A stretch of DNA of 63,752 nucleotides, the filler included, from Phoronis australis (lineage: Eukaryota > Animalia > Phoronida): NCBI GenBank assembly GCA_002633005.1. It is 4 parts of 4 records of this genome, joined end to end, with 100 filler letters (N's around TTAATTAATTAA, not from the genome) between each part and the next. Parts side by side here need not be neighbours in the genome. Positions count along the whole stretch, not along the records: positions 20,067 to 45,007 come from NMRA01000002.1; 3 more parts are not named here. The stretch is one strand, 5' to 3'. Below, piece after piece: positions 25,234 through 37,652 of this stretch (positions within the stretch are counted from its first letter, which is position 1; each line of letters begins with the position of its first letter). The translations under genes and the position numbers were made by a program. The notes below the pieces were generated by a model that did not search any database, was not told the origin of the DNA, and worked only from the letters and a program-made list of their open reading frames with translations.

Positions 25234-26195
25234 GTAAGTTATAAGTCAAATGTAATTGAAAGTGGTGCAGCTTAATTTATACTGTAAATCCTGATCTTTT
25301 AAAACCTGTTTGAGTATGTTGCATGTAGTCTCAGCTACAAGTGTGTCCCAAGAGACTTGACATAATACTTTGCCGTTTGAATGCATCAACGTCCATCGAA
25401 AGCAAACATTAAAGAAGTCTTTGATTGAAAAAAGCACTTAATTAACATACATGATTGAATTGCTTTCTCAAAGCATTTCCTTTACGTACGAAACAGATCA
25501 GTATAATCCCTGGAAATCAAATCAAGATTGACTACGTTTCGTGGAAAAGCTATGCATTCAACAACAGTTTCTGTCTTATTAAGATGCCATGAGTTCGTTA
25601 TAGCGTTAGTGGCTATTGTTGTTATCACTGCCTGTGATAGTAATTCAATCTGTTCAGGCACCGTTGAGTTGGAAGTGCACTTTGACAAATCAACTCCTGT
25701 CTATCACCAAACGCTCCTCAATTCTAGTTCTTACAGAACATGTCAGCTCACATGTATTTATGGCTGTACATTGACCACATTCACAAACTGTGCTAGTCAT
25801 AAGAATAGGCGGAATAACATCATTTGCATGTTGCAAACTAATTTTCCTCAACTTTAGAACATATTGCATTCATGTACTAGATTTCAAATTTTCAGCTGAT
25901 CACTTTTCCAGTGTGCAGATTACAGAAATATCTCATTTGCAGATGCAGGTCGTGGGTCAGTGGGTGGAAGGGAGACTATGGCCATACCTCAAAATTTCCG
26001 CTTCAATCCCCTAAACCCCAGTCCCGGGCCAGCAAGACCCAAACCCGCAGTACAAGTTCCATTTCTGCACCACTAAACACCACCCACTTTCAGTAATAGC
26101 ACCACTCCCGGGGGCCTGACCTCTACCTGGGTCATGGTGAAGAATCGTTTGGGGCTTCGTAAGATTTTTAAGACCTGATCGTCTTGTTTTTCCAG

Positions 26196-26422
26196 TCACG
26201 GACACTACCCCACCTCCTCGGCCGTGGACAGTACTTGCCGAACCGGAACGGAGTCGACCAGCAGCCATGTTTACCGTCATGTGTTACAATGTACTGTGCG
26301 ACAAGTACTGCACACGGCAACTGTACGGATACTGCCCCTCGTGGGCGCTTAACTGGGAGTACAGGAAAAAGGGGATCCTCGATGAGATAAAACACTACTG
26401 CGCTGATATTATCAGTTTGCAG
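26196..26422 (+). CDS. CNOT6: CNOT6 exon (start of EEP nuclease domain)
   Basis: PPPRPW...FTVMCYNVLCDKYCTRQLYGYCPSWALNWEYRKK...ADIISLQ. Confidence 0.96.
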
Positions 26423-28099
26423 GTAGGGGACTCCATAGTGACAAATCAAAGGTTTATCTGTACTACTCGTCCACTTCATGGTGTGCAACCCTAGTGGACA
26501 CAGCATATGACCAGGCACTGAGTACACTGTCTATAGGGCGGATGGTTACAATAACCTTGAAAGTGACGTTCTGTCAATTAAGTTACGTAAATACCAAAGC
26601 TCAGGCCCCAGACCCCCTCGTAAATAATATATTTGTGGGTGACTTCACCTGAAGTGAAAGTACAAACTGTTGTTTCAACTAGAAAAGTCACTGGTTAGAA
26701 GGTCAGGTTATTTTTGGATGGAAATTACCTGATAATCTCTCTTGGTTTTCCAGTGTCAATTTGCATATTGCAATCATAAGCCACTTTTTCAAAAATTGAC
26801 TTGTGGTTAAGTTTTATTGACACGTTTTTTTTTTTAAATTCGGAAACCATAACGTTGAGAAACGTTGATTCCTAAATTTATAGGAAATATAATTTCCAGA
26901 GGCTTCTTTGCATCTGCGGTTCTGCTAATTATCTAGCTTCTTTGCCTGTAATCCCACTTCAGATGTTATTTTAATGAATTGCAAGAACTCTTATGAAGCT
27001 TCTTAATTATAAAAGCTATAACCAACTGCACCTGTAGATATGTTGTCAATCGAACTATTTTAGCACCCTGTGGTGGCCATTTCTTGTTTCGACGACTAGT
27101 GCCCCCTTTTGCCAGACAGATTTCCCCTATTCCTCCAACAGTGTTCCAAGGACTTACACAAAATACAAAGTACTTGTAATCAGTGCCATTGGAATGTTTT
27201 TGTCCTGCAAACCCAATTTTCTCCAAATTTTCATCACATTCACGTTAAACCTGTGTTACCTTGTGCTGTGTCAATTTGAGAATGGATTCTGTGACACAAT
27301 GACATTCTGTCATAAACTTGCTTGCCTGATATTCTGTGATATTATAATGAGAATTTTGAGACAAAATGTGAAAAAATTGCTGAACCAAGTAGGCTGTTAG
27401 TGTTTTGGGTTATTTCATGCTACACTAAGTGGTTGTTCTTTTTTTCACAAATTGTAAAATTGTGGAATTCATCATTATCCCTGACAATATTGCGTCGCAC
27501 ATATGTGACAAAGGCAAAGTTGATGTGACTTGTACATGTACTTGAGATTTCCTTGTGACTTTTTGAAAATTTCGAGATGTGACAAATTGTGACTTGCCAT
27601 TAAATATGACTCCATTCTCTGCAAGGGGCATCTGTTTCCATGGCAACAACACCTTTCTGTAATTACTGTTCACTAGTCAAGTAATGAGTTAATATGGTAT
27701 ATTTTGTCTTTGATTAACATTCTTTTTGATTGTTCTCAATGATGAAATGAATGTTTTAAATACTAGGCAAATGAAGCCTTAACAGTCTATTAAATTTCTT
27801 TCTAAGCGGGGCTCCTTGTCACTGAGATTTATATTACCTCTTAATCTGTAGGATTCATTAGGAAAAAACAATTTTCTTTCTTGTAGGTGCTTCGAATTGC
27901 AAGTGTCTAGTCATGCTTTGCACGCGTGTATGAATGTGACAAGTTTGACTGATCTTTTGATATGGAATTGAGCTTTCTGTGCACTTTCACAGAACAAAAT
28001 TACAACTTTGAAAGATTCAAATTAGTAAATGTTTATATTAACAGACTATAACTGTTTGCGTTGTATATTTACCATGGTAAATAGCTTTCTATTGAAACA

Positions 28100-29545
28100 A
28101 TGAGATGTTCCTGTTTTTGGATGAATTCAGCATATTTTGCGCCATCTAGTGGCCATTTTTACTGTTTTCTTGTCTGTTTTTGGTATCCACCTCTCTTTCA
28201 GCCAAACCACTCTAAGGACGATTGTGAAAATTGTCATATATGTTCTTAGTGTGAAGAGGACGGTTGACGATGATTTTCTGATGACTTCATGCATTGTGGC
28301 TTCTCCTAGTGGCAGTTGTTTTTGCACCCATAGCCAACTGGTGGCAATTTCATTTTTTTTCTGTTTTCGTCCTCAGAAGTTCCTTGACGGATTTTTATGA
28401 AATATGGTAAATAGCTTTGATAACACTTATTAGTTTTCAGATGGATTCGACGTATTTGGCACCATCTAGTGGCCATTTTTATGATGCAAATAAACGCCCC
28501 TAGAAGCACAACATTTGCGGTACATTGGTGGGTGCATTTCAACTCTTTGCGTTGCTGTTGTTTACCTTTGTACCGATGGATTTTCAATTTGGCAAATTGG
28601 CGCCCATTACTGATATGACGCCACTTTCCCGTTCCCAGATGGATTCGAGGTATTTCGTAACACCCAGTGATCATTTTTACTGTTTTCAAGAGTGTTTTAT
28701 GGCCTCTGCCCCTCTATCAGCCAAACCATTCCAAGAATAATTATTGAAATTGGCAAATATGTTCCTACTGTGAAGAGGATGGCTGTCAAAGATTTTGGGA
28801 CAGCTCTCGCTACTGTGGTGCCTCCCAGTGGTACTTTTTGCTTAGATGACTGTATATCATAAACTATCTGCAAGATTTTTATTAAATTTGGCAAGTGTAT
28901 AATGAAGTTGACAATGGACAACGACTTTTGGACGGATCTGGCAGCCAGTTTTCAGATGGATTTGACGTACGGTAGTACACACCACCTAGTGACCGTTTTT
29001 ATTGTTTTTTAGTTTGTTATTGGCATCTGCCTCCCAGTTACAGTTTTTTTTTGCATCTGTGGCTTCGTCTGTGAGACCCTCTGCAGGATCTTTGTTAAAA
29101 ATTTGTGCAGGAAGTCGACAACGGATGATGACCTGACGGATCCAACTACCGCTGTGACCCTTAGAAATGGCAATTTTATTTTTTCCCTGAGCTTGGCTGA
29201 CAATGATTTGTGGACAATTTTGACTACTGTGGCGCACCCTAGTGGCAATTCTGCTAGTTTCTCCTAAACCCCTGCAGGATCTTTGCGAAATTTAGCCAGT
29301 GTATTTCTGTGAACATGGCACCTGATTACAATGACTTTTGGACATAGCTGACTACTGCTGTGCCATCTAGTGGCAGGTGTGTTCCTATTGAGGAGAGCAT
29401 TGATGACTTGCTTTAAGTTTACTTGCATTGCTCTCCATTTAGTGAGAATACTTGAAAGAGTAACCATCCCTTGTATCTGCATTATATGCGGTGTGCAAAG
29501 AGGGCGCATATCAATGTTCCGCGTTGCTCTTCTTTTCTCTGTCCG
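28100..29545 (+). mobile_element. Helentron-associated (HINE/DINE-1-like) repeat, 3' part with degenerate ~160-bp internal repeats
   Basis: Recurrent CAGATGGATT...GCCATCTAGTGGCCATTTT units. Ends GGGCGCATA (inverse of the TATGCGCCC start seen near 45129) followed by a T-rich tract. Confidence 0.6.
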
Positions 29546-29654
29546 CATATTTCAGTCATCTTTACAATACTTTGCTTTCATTCTTTTGTTTTGTTTCGAT
29601 GTAATGGCAGAGCTGAAACCTGACATCCTTGCATTGGATAATTTGGTTTTCCAG

Positions 29655-29809
29655 GAAGTGGAGACAGAACAGTTCTACAATTACTTTGAGCCAGAATTGA
29701 AAAAGGAAGGCTATGAAGGCATCTTCTCACCAAAGTCAAGGGCGCGGACGATGACGGAGGCGGAGCGCAAACATGTGGATGGTTGTGCGATTTTCTATAA
29801 AACAACAAA
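29655..29809 (+). CDS. CNOT6: CNOT6 exon (copy 1 of duplicated 155-nt exon)
   Basis: EVETEQFYNYFEPELKKEGYEGIFSPKSRARTMTEAERKHVDGCAIFYKTTK; supplies the catalytic Glu of LQEV. Confidence 0.85.
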
Positions 29810-30331
29810 GTAAGATGGCTTCAGATGACTGCTTCAGATATTATGTCCACAAAATCAATCCTTGATTATCATGAAGCTGAGCAATGGCAGGTGGNTAGTG
29901 GCAATTCTGCTAGTTTCTCCTAAACCCCTGCAGGATCTTTGTGAAATTTAGCCAGTGTATTTCTGTGAACGTGGCACCTGATTACAATGACTTTTGGACA
30001 TAGCTGACTACTGCTGTGCCATCTAGTGGCAGGTGTGTTCCTATTGAGGAGAGCATTGATGACTTGCTGTGCGCCCCCTAGAGGCTATTTTAAGTTTACT
30101 TGCATTGCTCTCCATTTAGTGAGAATACTTGAAAGAGTAATCATCCCTTGTATCTGCGTTATATGCGGTGTGCAAAGAGGGCGCATATCAATGTTCCGCG
30201 TTGCTCTTCTTTTCTCTGTCCGCATATTTCAGTCATCTTTACAATACTTTGCTTTCATTCTTTTGTTTTGTTTCGATGTAATGGCAGAGCTGAAACCTGA
30301 CATCCTTGCATTGGATAATTTGGTTTTCCAG

Positions 30332-30486
30332 GAAGTGGAGACAGAACAGTTCTACAATTACTTTGAGCCAGAATTGAAAAAGGAAGGCTATGAAGGCATC
30401 TTCTCACCAAAGTCAAGGGCGCGGACGATGACGGAGGCGGAGCGCAAACATGTGGATGGTTGTGCGATTTTCTATAAAACAACAAA
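30332..30486 (+). CDS. CNOT6: CNOT6 exon (copy 2, probably allelic/assembly duplicate)
   Basis: Same exon sequence within a block (29896-30571) that repeats 29240-29894 across a single N at 29895. Confidence 0.8.
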
Positions 30487-31057
30487 GTAAGATGGCTTCA
30501 GATGACTGTTTCAGATATTATGTCCACAAAATCAATCCTTGATTATCATGAAGCTGAGCAATGGCAGGTGGACATATTCAAATGCTGTTTGGTTCTGCCA
30601 CCTGGGAGTAGATTGAACATGAAGGTAGCCTACTTCACAATTGGTGGCATTAGAGAATACAGGTTTCTTGAACATAACTACTTGTAGAAGCTTTCTAAGG
30701 TATTTTGCTCTAATTGAATCTGCCTCTTCTTCATCCAGACGACAACATGAGTGAATTCGCTGTTGATCAATGACTGCTCGTTGATTGCGTGATAAATTTT
30801 TACTTACTCACCTTATCCTCGTAATGTTTCCTGTTTCCATTTGTGTAAATTCTCTTTGTTGTTATGATTTCAATTTCCTGATTTTGTCCAGTTGAGAAGT
30901 CTCACAGTGTGTTGTACTTGGACTTGTTTCTGGTGTACCACTGCAAACAAAACTTTGTTCCGATGTTTGTATCGATCAATATTCTAATGTCTGATGTTGA
31001 CCATTGATGTTGTTGGAGTAGTACAATTTGTACTTTGATTTCTCTCTGTTGTTTCAG

Positions 31058-31209
31058 GTTCACACTACTCAAGGAACATTTGATCGAGTTCAATCAACTT
31101 GCCATGTCGAATGCAGAGGGCTCTGAACAGATGTTAAACAGGGTCATGACCAAGGATAACATTGGACTGGCAGCCATGTTGGAAACAAAAGAGGATGTCT
31201 ACGAAAATG
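31058..31209 (+). CDS. CNOT6: CNOT6 exon
   Basis: FTLLKEHLIEFNQLAMSNAEGSEQMLNRVMTKDNIGLAAMLETKE. Confidence 0.95.
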
Positions 31210-32248
31210 GTAAAACATCGTCTGATGTTGTTTGTTTTCAGAAGCGTACAAAATGGACTCTCTATGGCAGATCCCCCTCTTCCCCTTGAAGACTTGATTT
31301 GGAAAACGACGATATTATTTTTTCACGATCGTTTTTTTTTTTGAAAATTATGTGTTTTGGTGTAGTTTTATATTACAACATGTTGCAAAAATGGTAACTG
31401 GTCAATAAAAACTACTGAAGTTTGTTTAAAGTAGGTTTTTAAAGTGTATCAATGCAATGTGCTCAACAAAAATGGCAAATTAATAAATTCATTAATAATA
31501 TTCATTGTGACCGAGGGTGTGCTTTTGACTGTTTCCCATCTCTGTTTGTTCGAAAAAGGCATTTACATATTGTTGAAAAACCTATTGTGCAAAGACCATT
31601 GCACACAAACGGATAGTTGGAACACAGGTCAAGTTTAACCCCAGTTACATTGTTTTTCTGTCACATACACAATAACTTTGGTCCAGTGCCTTCTCATGTC
31701 TACTTACCCCCTCCTGTTGAATCGGTATTCATGGTATACAGTCCTGCTCAGTTATTAGCTCTGATTAATTTAGTTAATGGTGTGGACATGACAGTGGCTT
31801 AGTCAATAAAAGCCTGGAAGATGACAATGTTATACCAGTTGGATTAGCCAATGTTAGTATCTAAGCAGGATCAAAACGATGATTAACAAGTCTTACTTTC
31901 TTTGCCTGTGATTTTGCAATGCTGATATTGATCTTTGTTTTGTGGTTTATTAAAGTGTAGTTATTCACGATGAATTATGAGACTGGCTGTGGCCAGGCAA
32001 TTTCTGATTTTGCATAGAAACACGAATGGGTAAATGAAGCATGTGTTTTCTAAACAGGTGGAGTGCATTCTTGTGTCTTTTTATGTGTTATTTATCTGGA
32101 TTTGTGCTCATTTTTGCAAGTCGTGGATGCATTCACTCAAAACCTGGTTTTAATAATACCCAGAATGGGATTTCTTGTAAAACTGTGAAATGCGCAATGA
32201 TTCATCACCATGTTATTGCCTCACCACACCATTTCCTGTTGTTTGCAG

Positions 32249-32488
32249 GCATCATGCCCCCTGATGGCCAGGTACGTCAACCCATCATGGTGGCCACAGC
32301 TCACATCCACTGGGACCCAGAGTTTTGCGACGTCAAAGTCGTACAGACGCTTATGTTGATGGCTGAACTCAAGAGCATCATCGAAGACATGTCCACCAGT
32401 TTCCGTCCCGGCTCCAGCATGCCTCAAGGGGGCTGCACCGCTATGCCGCTGCTACTGTGTGGTGATTTAAACTCCCTCCCCAACTCAG
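32249..32488 (+). CDS. CNOT6: CNOT6 exon
   Basis: VATAHIHWDPEFCDVKVVQT...LLCGDLNSLPNSG with the catalytic D-x-N motif. Confidence 0.95.
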
Positions 32489-32800
32489 GTGAGGGACTAC
32501 CCAGATTACATTTCTGCTATTTGGTTTTGCTGTTTGGCTTACAGCTTTGTCTAGTGAATTTCATAGGTGTTGAGTTTGAAATCCGATGCATTAATTTTGA
32601 ACTATAGAGAGATGAGTTATTTCTTATTGAAATTAGCTTATTTTGGACTTTTGACCACAGTTCAATGTATTTAATACTAACAGACTTTCAAACGTGTTCA
32701 TGAATTTTGTAATTCACCTCGATTTTTACTTTTCTGTTATGGAACTACTATTAATCTTATGAAAATTTGTCTTTCATTTCCAAGAATCCAATTTTGCATA

Positions 32801-34858
32801 CCGTATTTGCCGTAATAACTGCCCGTGCCCCTATAAGCGCCCCCCCACACGCGTTTTCAGACTTTGCCAAAATAAGCGCCCAGTCCATGAACGTGTACGT
32901 GCGAAAAATGCCTTACCTACAGTCCTAAAATTCTACAGTAACGTCATCGATTTATCAATAATATCCGACAGTCCTGAAAAAAATCATTGTGCGCAGAATT
33001 CGTAGACCACGAGCTTCGCCGCTGTGTCAGTATTTAGCCGTGACTATACACTTCAAACTTCCACCATGCCTCAAAACAAACACAAAAGTTTTGCTGATCT
33101 TGCGAGGACCAATGGTCTGGCCTTTCAGAACAGACGTAGTGTACTTTTCTACGTAATTGCTTGTAGATATTTCCCGCTTTCAACAGGAATCCAAATTTCT
33201 TTGTAGGCCTACACGTGAAAACCGCAAATCGAAGACTAATAATAAGCTTGGCCAGTGTTAAAAGCACGTGGCCAGGAAGCGCGTACTACATACATCAGGG
33301 CTTGGAATTTTCCGCGGAAACGCGGATTTACGCTTTTTTCAAAGGTTCTGTCCGCGCATTTTATTATATTTCCGCGTAAAAAAAATCGGATTTGATATAA
33401 AATTTCCGCGGCAAATACCTTTCTTACTGCGGCGTTGCAGACGACGCTCACCTCGAAAAAGCGGAAGTTGCTCTTTATGTTTCGGAGAAACGTAAATTGT
33501 CAACATTGCCAGGGCATCTGGGATAGCGTGGTGGGATTTTCAATGGCGTCTCGTGTTATTGTAAACCGCGGTGACAAATACTACGCTCTGCAGCCAAAAA
33601 TGTGTGGGTTGGGAGTGGACGGACCAACTAAAAGGACGCAGACGCATGCTACTGATGGTGGTTTTTTTTTTTTTATTTAGTCCTCCCGATCTTTGTCGCG
33701 GAAAGGTTCACATCGACCATTTCAAGGCTGGGTAGCGCGCTTGATTTGGGCCATAAAAGTTTCCGCGTTTTTTGTCATTGGTCATTCCAAGCCCTGATAC
33801 ATGAACCTGTCATCAAAGACATTAATTGGGAACTATCCATTCATGAAACGGGTAGCATAGCATCGGCAAGAAATGAATATTGGCACTAATTTCAGACAGT
33901 TTCTATTACTATAAGAAAAGTTTGCGTTATTTTTAAGATGAATTGTTTGATTAATCATAATTGGTGTTTTTAAGCCAAATATCCAATAAAATGACAACTG
34001 ACAGTGAATGCTTACACACCCTTACACTGAAAAATAACTGTCACATACGCATCCAGCCACACGGCGACTAATATGGCCTTACCAAGACAAATGTCGAATG
34101 TTTTTAGCTTACGAGACCGGCAACTGCTGAATGAAACACGCTCTGGTTTAGGCCTACATCTTGTGCAAATTTCTTTAGATACAATGCACATCTAGTACCT
34201 TGTTAGATTGTGTGGCTCTGGCCAAAAGATGGTCTCTGCTCTGGCAAATGAACTCTGGTGACACGCACGCGCTCGCTTACTCAACGCAGACGAACTTCAA
34301 AACAAACGTCACGTGACAACAACATGTGTGTTTGTCCAGACATTTTTCTCATGTTGCCAATCATACATGAAGATGGCACAATGTAGCACAGATTTGTACT
34401 TAAACCTGCCGTTAATCCCGACTGCACGGGAACTACTTGGAAAACTTAAGGAGGATTTCAGGTAATTTGCTTGAGTCGAAACTGTGTTTTTATTCAAGCA
34501 TTCAAGTCGCCATATTGACGATTGCGAGGCAGTCAGTCGGCGAATTTTCGCTCTGGGATTTCAGCACAATTTTCTGTAAAATGATGGTAATTTAGCAGCT
34601 ACGTTTGATAGCAATGCACCAAGGTTTTGTAGTAAGTCTTTCATAGATTACAGATATGTCACAGAGCGTAAATGTGTTGAATCTTAGCTTCCGATTTCAC
34701 CCGTTTCGGAGACCGGTTTTCAATGGCCTTGGGTTATAGTAAGCGCCCCCCCCCCCCCNCCCGTTTCGGAGACCGCGTTTCAACCGCCTTGGGTTATAAG
34801 TGCACCCCCTGACCCGAACTTTACTAAGCGCCCTGGGCGGTTATTACGGCGAATACGG
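32801..34858. mobile_element. Non-autonomous Tc1/mariner/pogo-type DNA transposon in a CNOT6 intron
   Basis: TA|CCGTATTTGCCGTAATAACTGCCC ... GGGCGGTTATTACGGCGAATACGG|TA: 24-bp TIRs (22/24), TA TSD. Confidence 0.85.
33296..33796. mobile_element. Nested 501-bp hAT-like MITE
   Basis: Perfect 13-bp TIRs CAGGGCTTGGAAT/ATTCCAAGCCCTG flanked by the direct repeat ATACAT; subterminal TTCCGCG motifs. Confidence 0.85.
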
Positions 34859-35399
34859 TAATCATTGAATTTTGTTTTAAGAACAGAAAGTAGCTTTCGT
34901 TTAAGGGACATGTCGTTCATATTTAAAATGTAAATCACAAACCATGATACGCAACCACACAAAGTCCGTCTCAAACCTTTCCATGCTACAATAGAAAATA
35001 GTTTCCATCCCCTAACAAATCATTCAAGCCATCATCAATGAAGAGTTAAAAAGTCATCAGCTTTGACAGGTGTGACAACCCTTCCAAAATTTTGTTCTCA
35101 CATGTCTGTCGCTGTTGATGTCTCCACTCTATTTAATGGTATATTAAAAATCAATTGTAATCAGGCTATTTTTGGTTTTCGTGCCATTTAAAGAAAAAAA
35201 ATCAAGACGAACTTCAAAAATTAAAAAATAATTACTAAACCTATGCAGACAGATTTGTTATGACTGTGACCCCTTGAAGAAAGGTCATGGCGTTTTCAAG
35301 AAACCAGCAATGCAATTTCCTAGTAATCCGTCGTGCCCCTTGGGGGCAGCATTTCCATTACGCTGCACTATGATAAGGCTGCTGCTGGGAATTTTTGTT

Positions 35400-35815
35400 T
35401 AGTCATTTCAAAGTCTATTTCGGACTCACACAGAGACGCCTCTGTGACAGGGTGAAAGAACGTCACACCTCAGAGAAAAGCAACATATATAGGCATTGTG
35501 TTAGTAACAATCACCAAGCCAATTCAGTCAGTATTATCTGCAGAGAACTTAATAAGGAATTACTGTACATTAAAGAGTCATTGGCCATTCAGAAGCAGTT
35601 TGCTACTGATTCTCTGAACAACATGCAGAGCTCAGTGACCCTGCAACTATGGTGATGACCAACTACTTACTATATTCCCTGTATCTCTCACTTCACTTTA
35701 TGGATGTTTCCTGAGCAGTATGTTGGCACTTGCTGTCCTTTGTAAATATGATCCTGATGATGTCTAATGAATAGACGAAACGTCGATTGAACATGAACTT
35801 TTTTATTTGTGCGGT
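35400..35815 (+). mobile_element. 3' fragment of a second Penelope-like element (GIY-YIG end + pLTR)
   Basis: YFGLTQRRLCDRVKERH...IYRHC...LYIKESLAI...LN is the C-terminal half of a PLE GIY-YIG; a hammerhead motif follows about 100 nt after the stop. Confidence 0.75.
35750..35788 (+). ncRNA. Minimal type I hammerhead ribozyme (PLE-associated)
   Basis: GATC CTGATGA T GTCTA-ATGAA-TAGAC GAAA C GTC GATT: intact CUGANGA and GAAA boxes, 5-bp stem II, stem I GATC/GATT, GUC triplet (predicted cut after 35784), vestigial stem III. Confidence 0.8.
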
Positions 35816-35839
35816 TTTTAATCATTTCCAACAGTTTCA

Positions 35840-35899
35840 GAGAGATTTAAGAGGTAGATGAGAGATTTAAGAGGTAGATGAGAGATTTAAGAGGTTGAT
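35840..35899. repeat. 20-bp tandem repeat x3
   Basis: GAGAGATTTAAGAGGTAGAT units. Confidence 0.9.
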
Positions 35900-36208
35900 A
35901 TAAGCCAACAGATTTGCCTGAAGCAATTTTTTTTCTGAAATGAACGAGTGCCCAATACACAGACGCAGCATTGTTTATGCTATGAACGACTGAGTCGGCT
36001 GCCTTAACAAAACATTTTTTATGGGACTGAAAACAATACCCCAGTTAAAAGTTCATTTGTAGTGTGTTTTTTTGCCGTTTTTGATATTGTTGGTGTTGTG
36101 TTTGCTGTTGATATTGCCTTTGTTGTTGAAGTTGTTGAGATGTTGATGTTGTTGAGATGTTGATGTTGTTGAGATGTTGATGTTGTTGAGATGTTGATGT
36201 TGTTTCAG

Positions 36209-36386
36209 GTGTTGTTGAGTTCCTGGAGAATGGTAACATCATGTCTAACCATGTGGACTTCAAGGATCTCATGTACGACGCGTGTCTGCAGAAGTTGAGT
36301 GCGGTGCAGCATCAGGACATTCTTTCTCATGGATTCCGTTTGGCTCAGGCCTACACCGAGGAGATTATGCCCATCACCAATTACAC
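36209..36386 (+). CDS. CNOT6: CNOT6 exon
   Basis: GVVEFLENGNIMSNHVDFKDLMY...HGFRLAQAY...IMPITNYT; phases fit neighbours. Confidence 0.95.
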
Positions 36387-36623
36387 GTAAGGACAGCTGG
36401 ATTGTACCTAGTGGAGCACGCACTGTATTCCACTCTCTTGTGCACTTTTAAAAATAATAAAATAAGACTGAATGCATATGACCACTCGGACCCAAAGTGT
36501 TTTGAAATCGACACATACCAACTGTGCCACCAGTTGCTGATTAGATACATCACCTGGGTGTGGCAAATACTCTGGTCATCTCACATGATCTGTGTTTCAG
36601 GAAAAGTGACTTAAGAAATTTAT

Positions 36624-36722
36624 GAGGCAGTGTGGCCTAGTGGGTTGAGTGTGTGCCTCCTGTTCACAAGGTCATAGGTCGTAATCCTAGTGGACCCCGC
36701 TGCTAGACTGTTTAGTTAGGTC
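36624..36722 (+). mobile_element. tRNA-derived SINE head (degenerate)
   Basis: A box TGGCCTAGTGG and degenerate B box GGTCGTAATCC; no complete cloverleaf. Confidence 0.5.
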
Positions 36723-37414
36723 TCTTGCCTCTTAGCTCATTCTTAATTTGTGCTTATGTCTATTTCTATTTCAAAAAATAACTAAATCTATTTTTAGACA
36801 GATCTGCTTATAGTTACTTTTACTCTGCAATTGTGAAGTGGTCGCGCAAGACCAAATTTCAGCAAATTTCAGTCTCAAGTCTTTAGTCATCGTTCATGAA
36901 GCGGGTCCGTGATCATGTTTGGAACATGCTGAGAATCGAGATGTTGTGATCAATTCAGTGGAGTGAGAAAGTGCGACAGATCAACAGATGATATACCAAG
37001 TGAACCTAAGCTGCACTTTGCTCATATGGTGTCACTTTCAAGTACCGTAGACTCTCGTGTACACTTGCACTTACATTGTCAAATAGAGTGTAACATGTTG
37101 AGCTGGTTTATTTACAGAATTGCTTCTCACTGCGTGCATAGCGCATCCTAGGCTTGTTCAGCCATGTCCTACTTCTCTTTGGGTATTTGAAGCATTGACT
37201 TGAAAGAGAAATGTTTGTATGTTCAATTGGTTGTGGCCCATATGTACAAGGAAATGCACTGACATATCTGGCTTTCCTCCGGTGGTCTGTTAGTAGCTGC
37301 TGTTTTTGATATTTTGCAACTTTACCCCCTCTGTCAATGTTTTTGAAAGTAGCTACAGTGTTCTTTCTGTAACGATATTAATTTTAGTTACCTTTGTTGT
37401 TTTTTTTGTTCTAG

Positions 37415-37652
37415 GCATGATTTCAAAGGTATAATAGACTACATATTCTACGCACGTGACTTCATGCGACCTCTGGGTCTCCTGGGCGCTCTCGATGCCA
37501 GCTGGTTCCGTGAGAATAAGGTGGTTGGCTGTCCCCATCCGCACATCCCGTCTGATCATTTCTCACTTCTCGTGGAGCTTGAGATGCCCGTGCCATACCC
37601 CATCTTTGGCCGGACGGGTGGCGGCAATATGCCCCACGTGTCCAGGAGATAA
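37415..37652 (+). CDS. CNOT6: CNOT6 last coding exon
   Basis: HDFKGIIDYIFY...GCPHPHIPSDHFSLLVELE...SRR-TAA; catalytic SDH intact. Confidence 0.96.

Noticed and set aside
29370-30490. 147-aa and 154-aa ORFs as two separate genes
   Set aside because: Each is intron read-through into the same 155-nt CNOT6 exon.
36045-36272. Gln/Thr-rich minus-strand ORF
   Set aside because: Antisense reading of the TGT-rich repeat and a CNOT6 exon.
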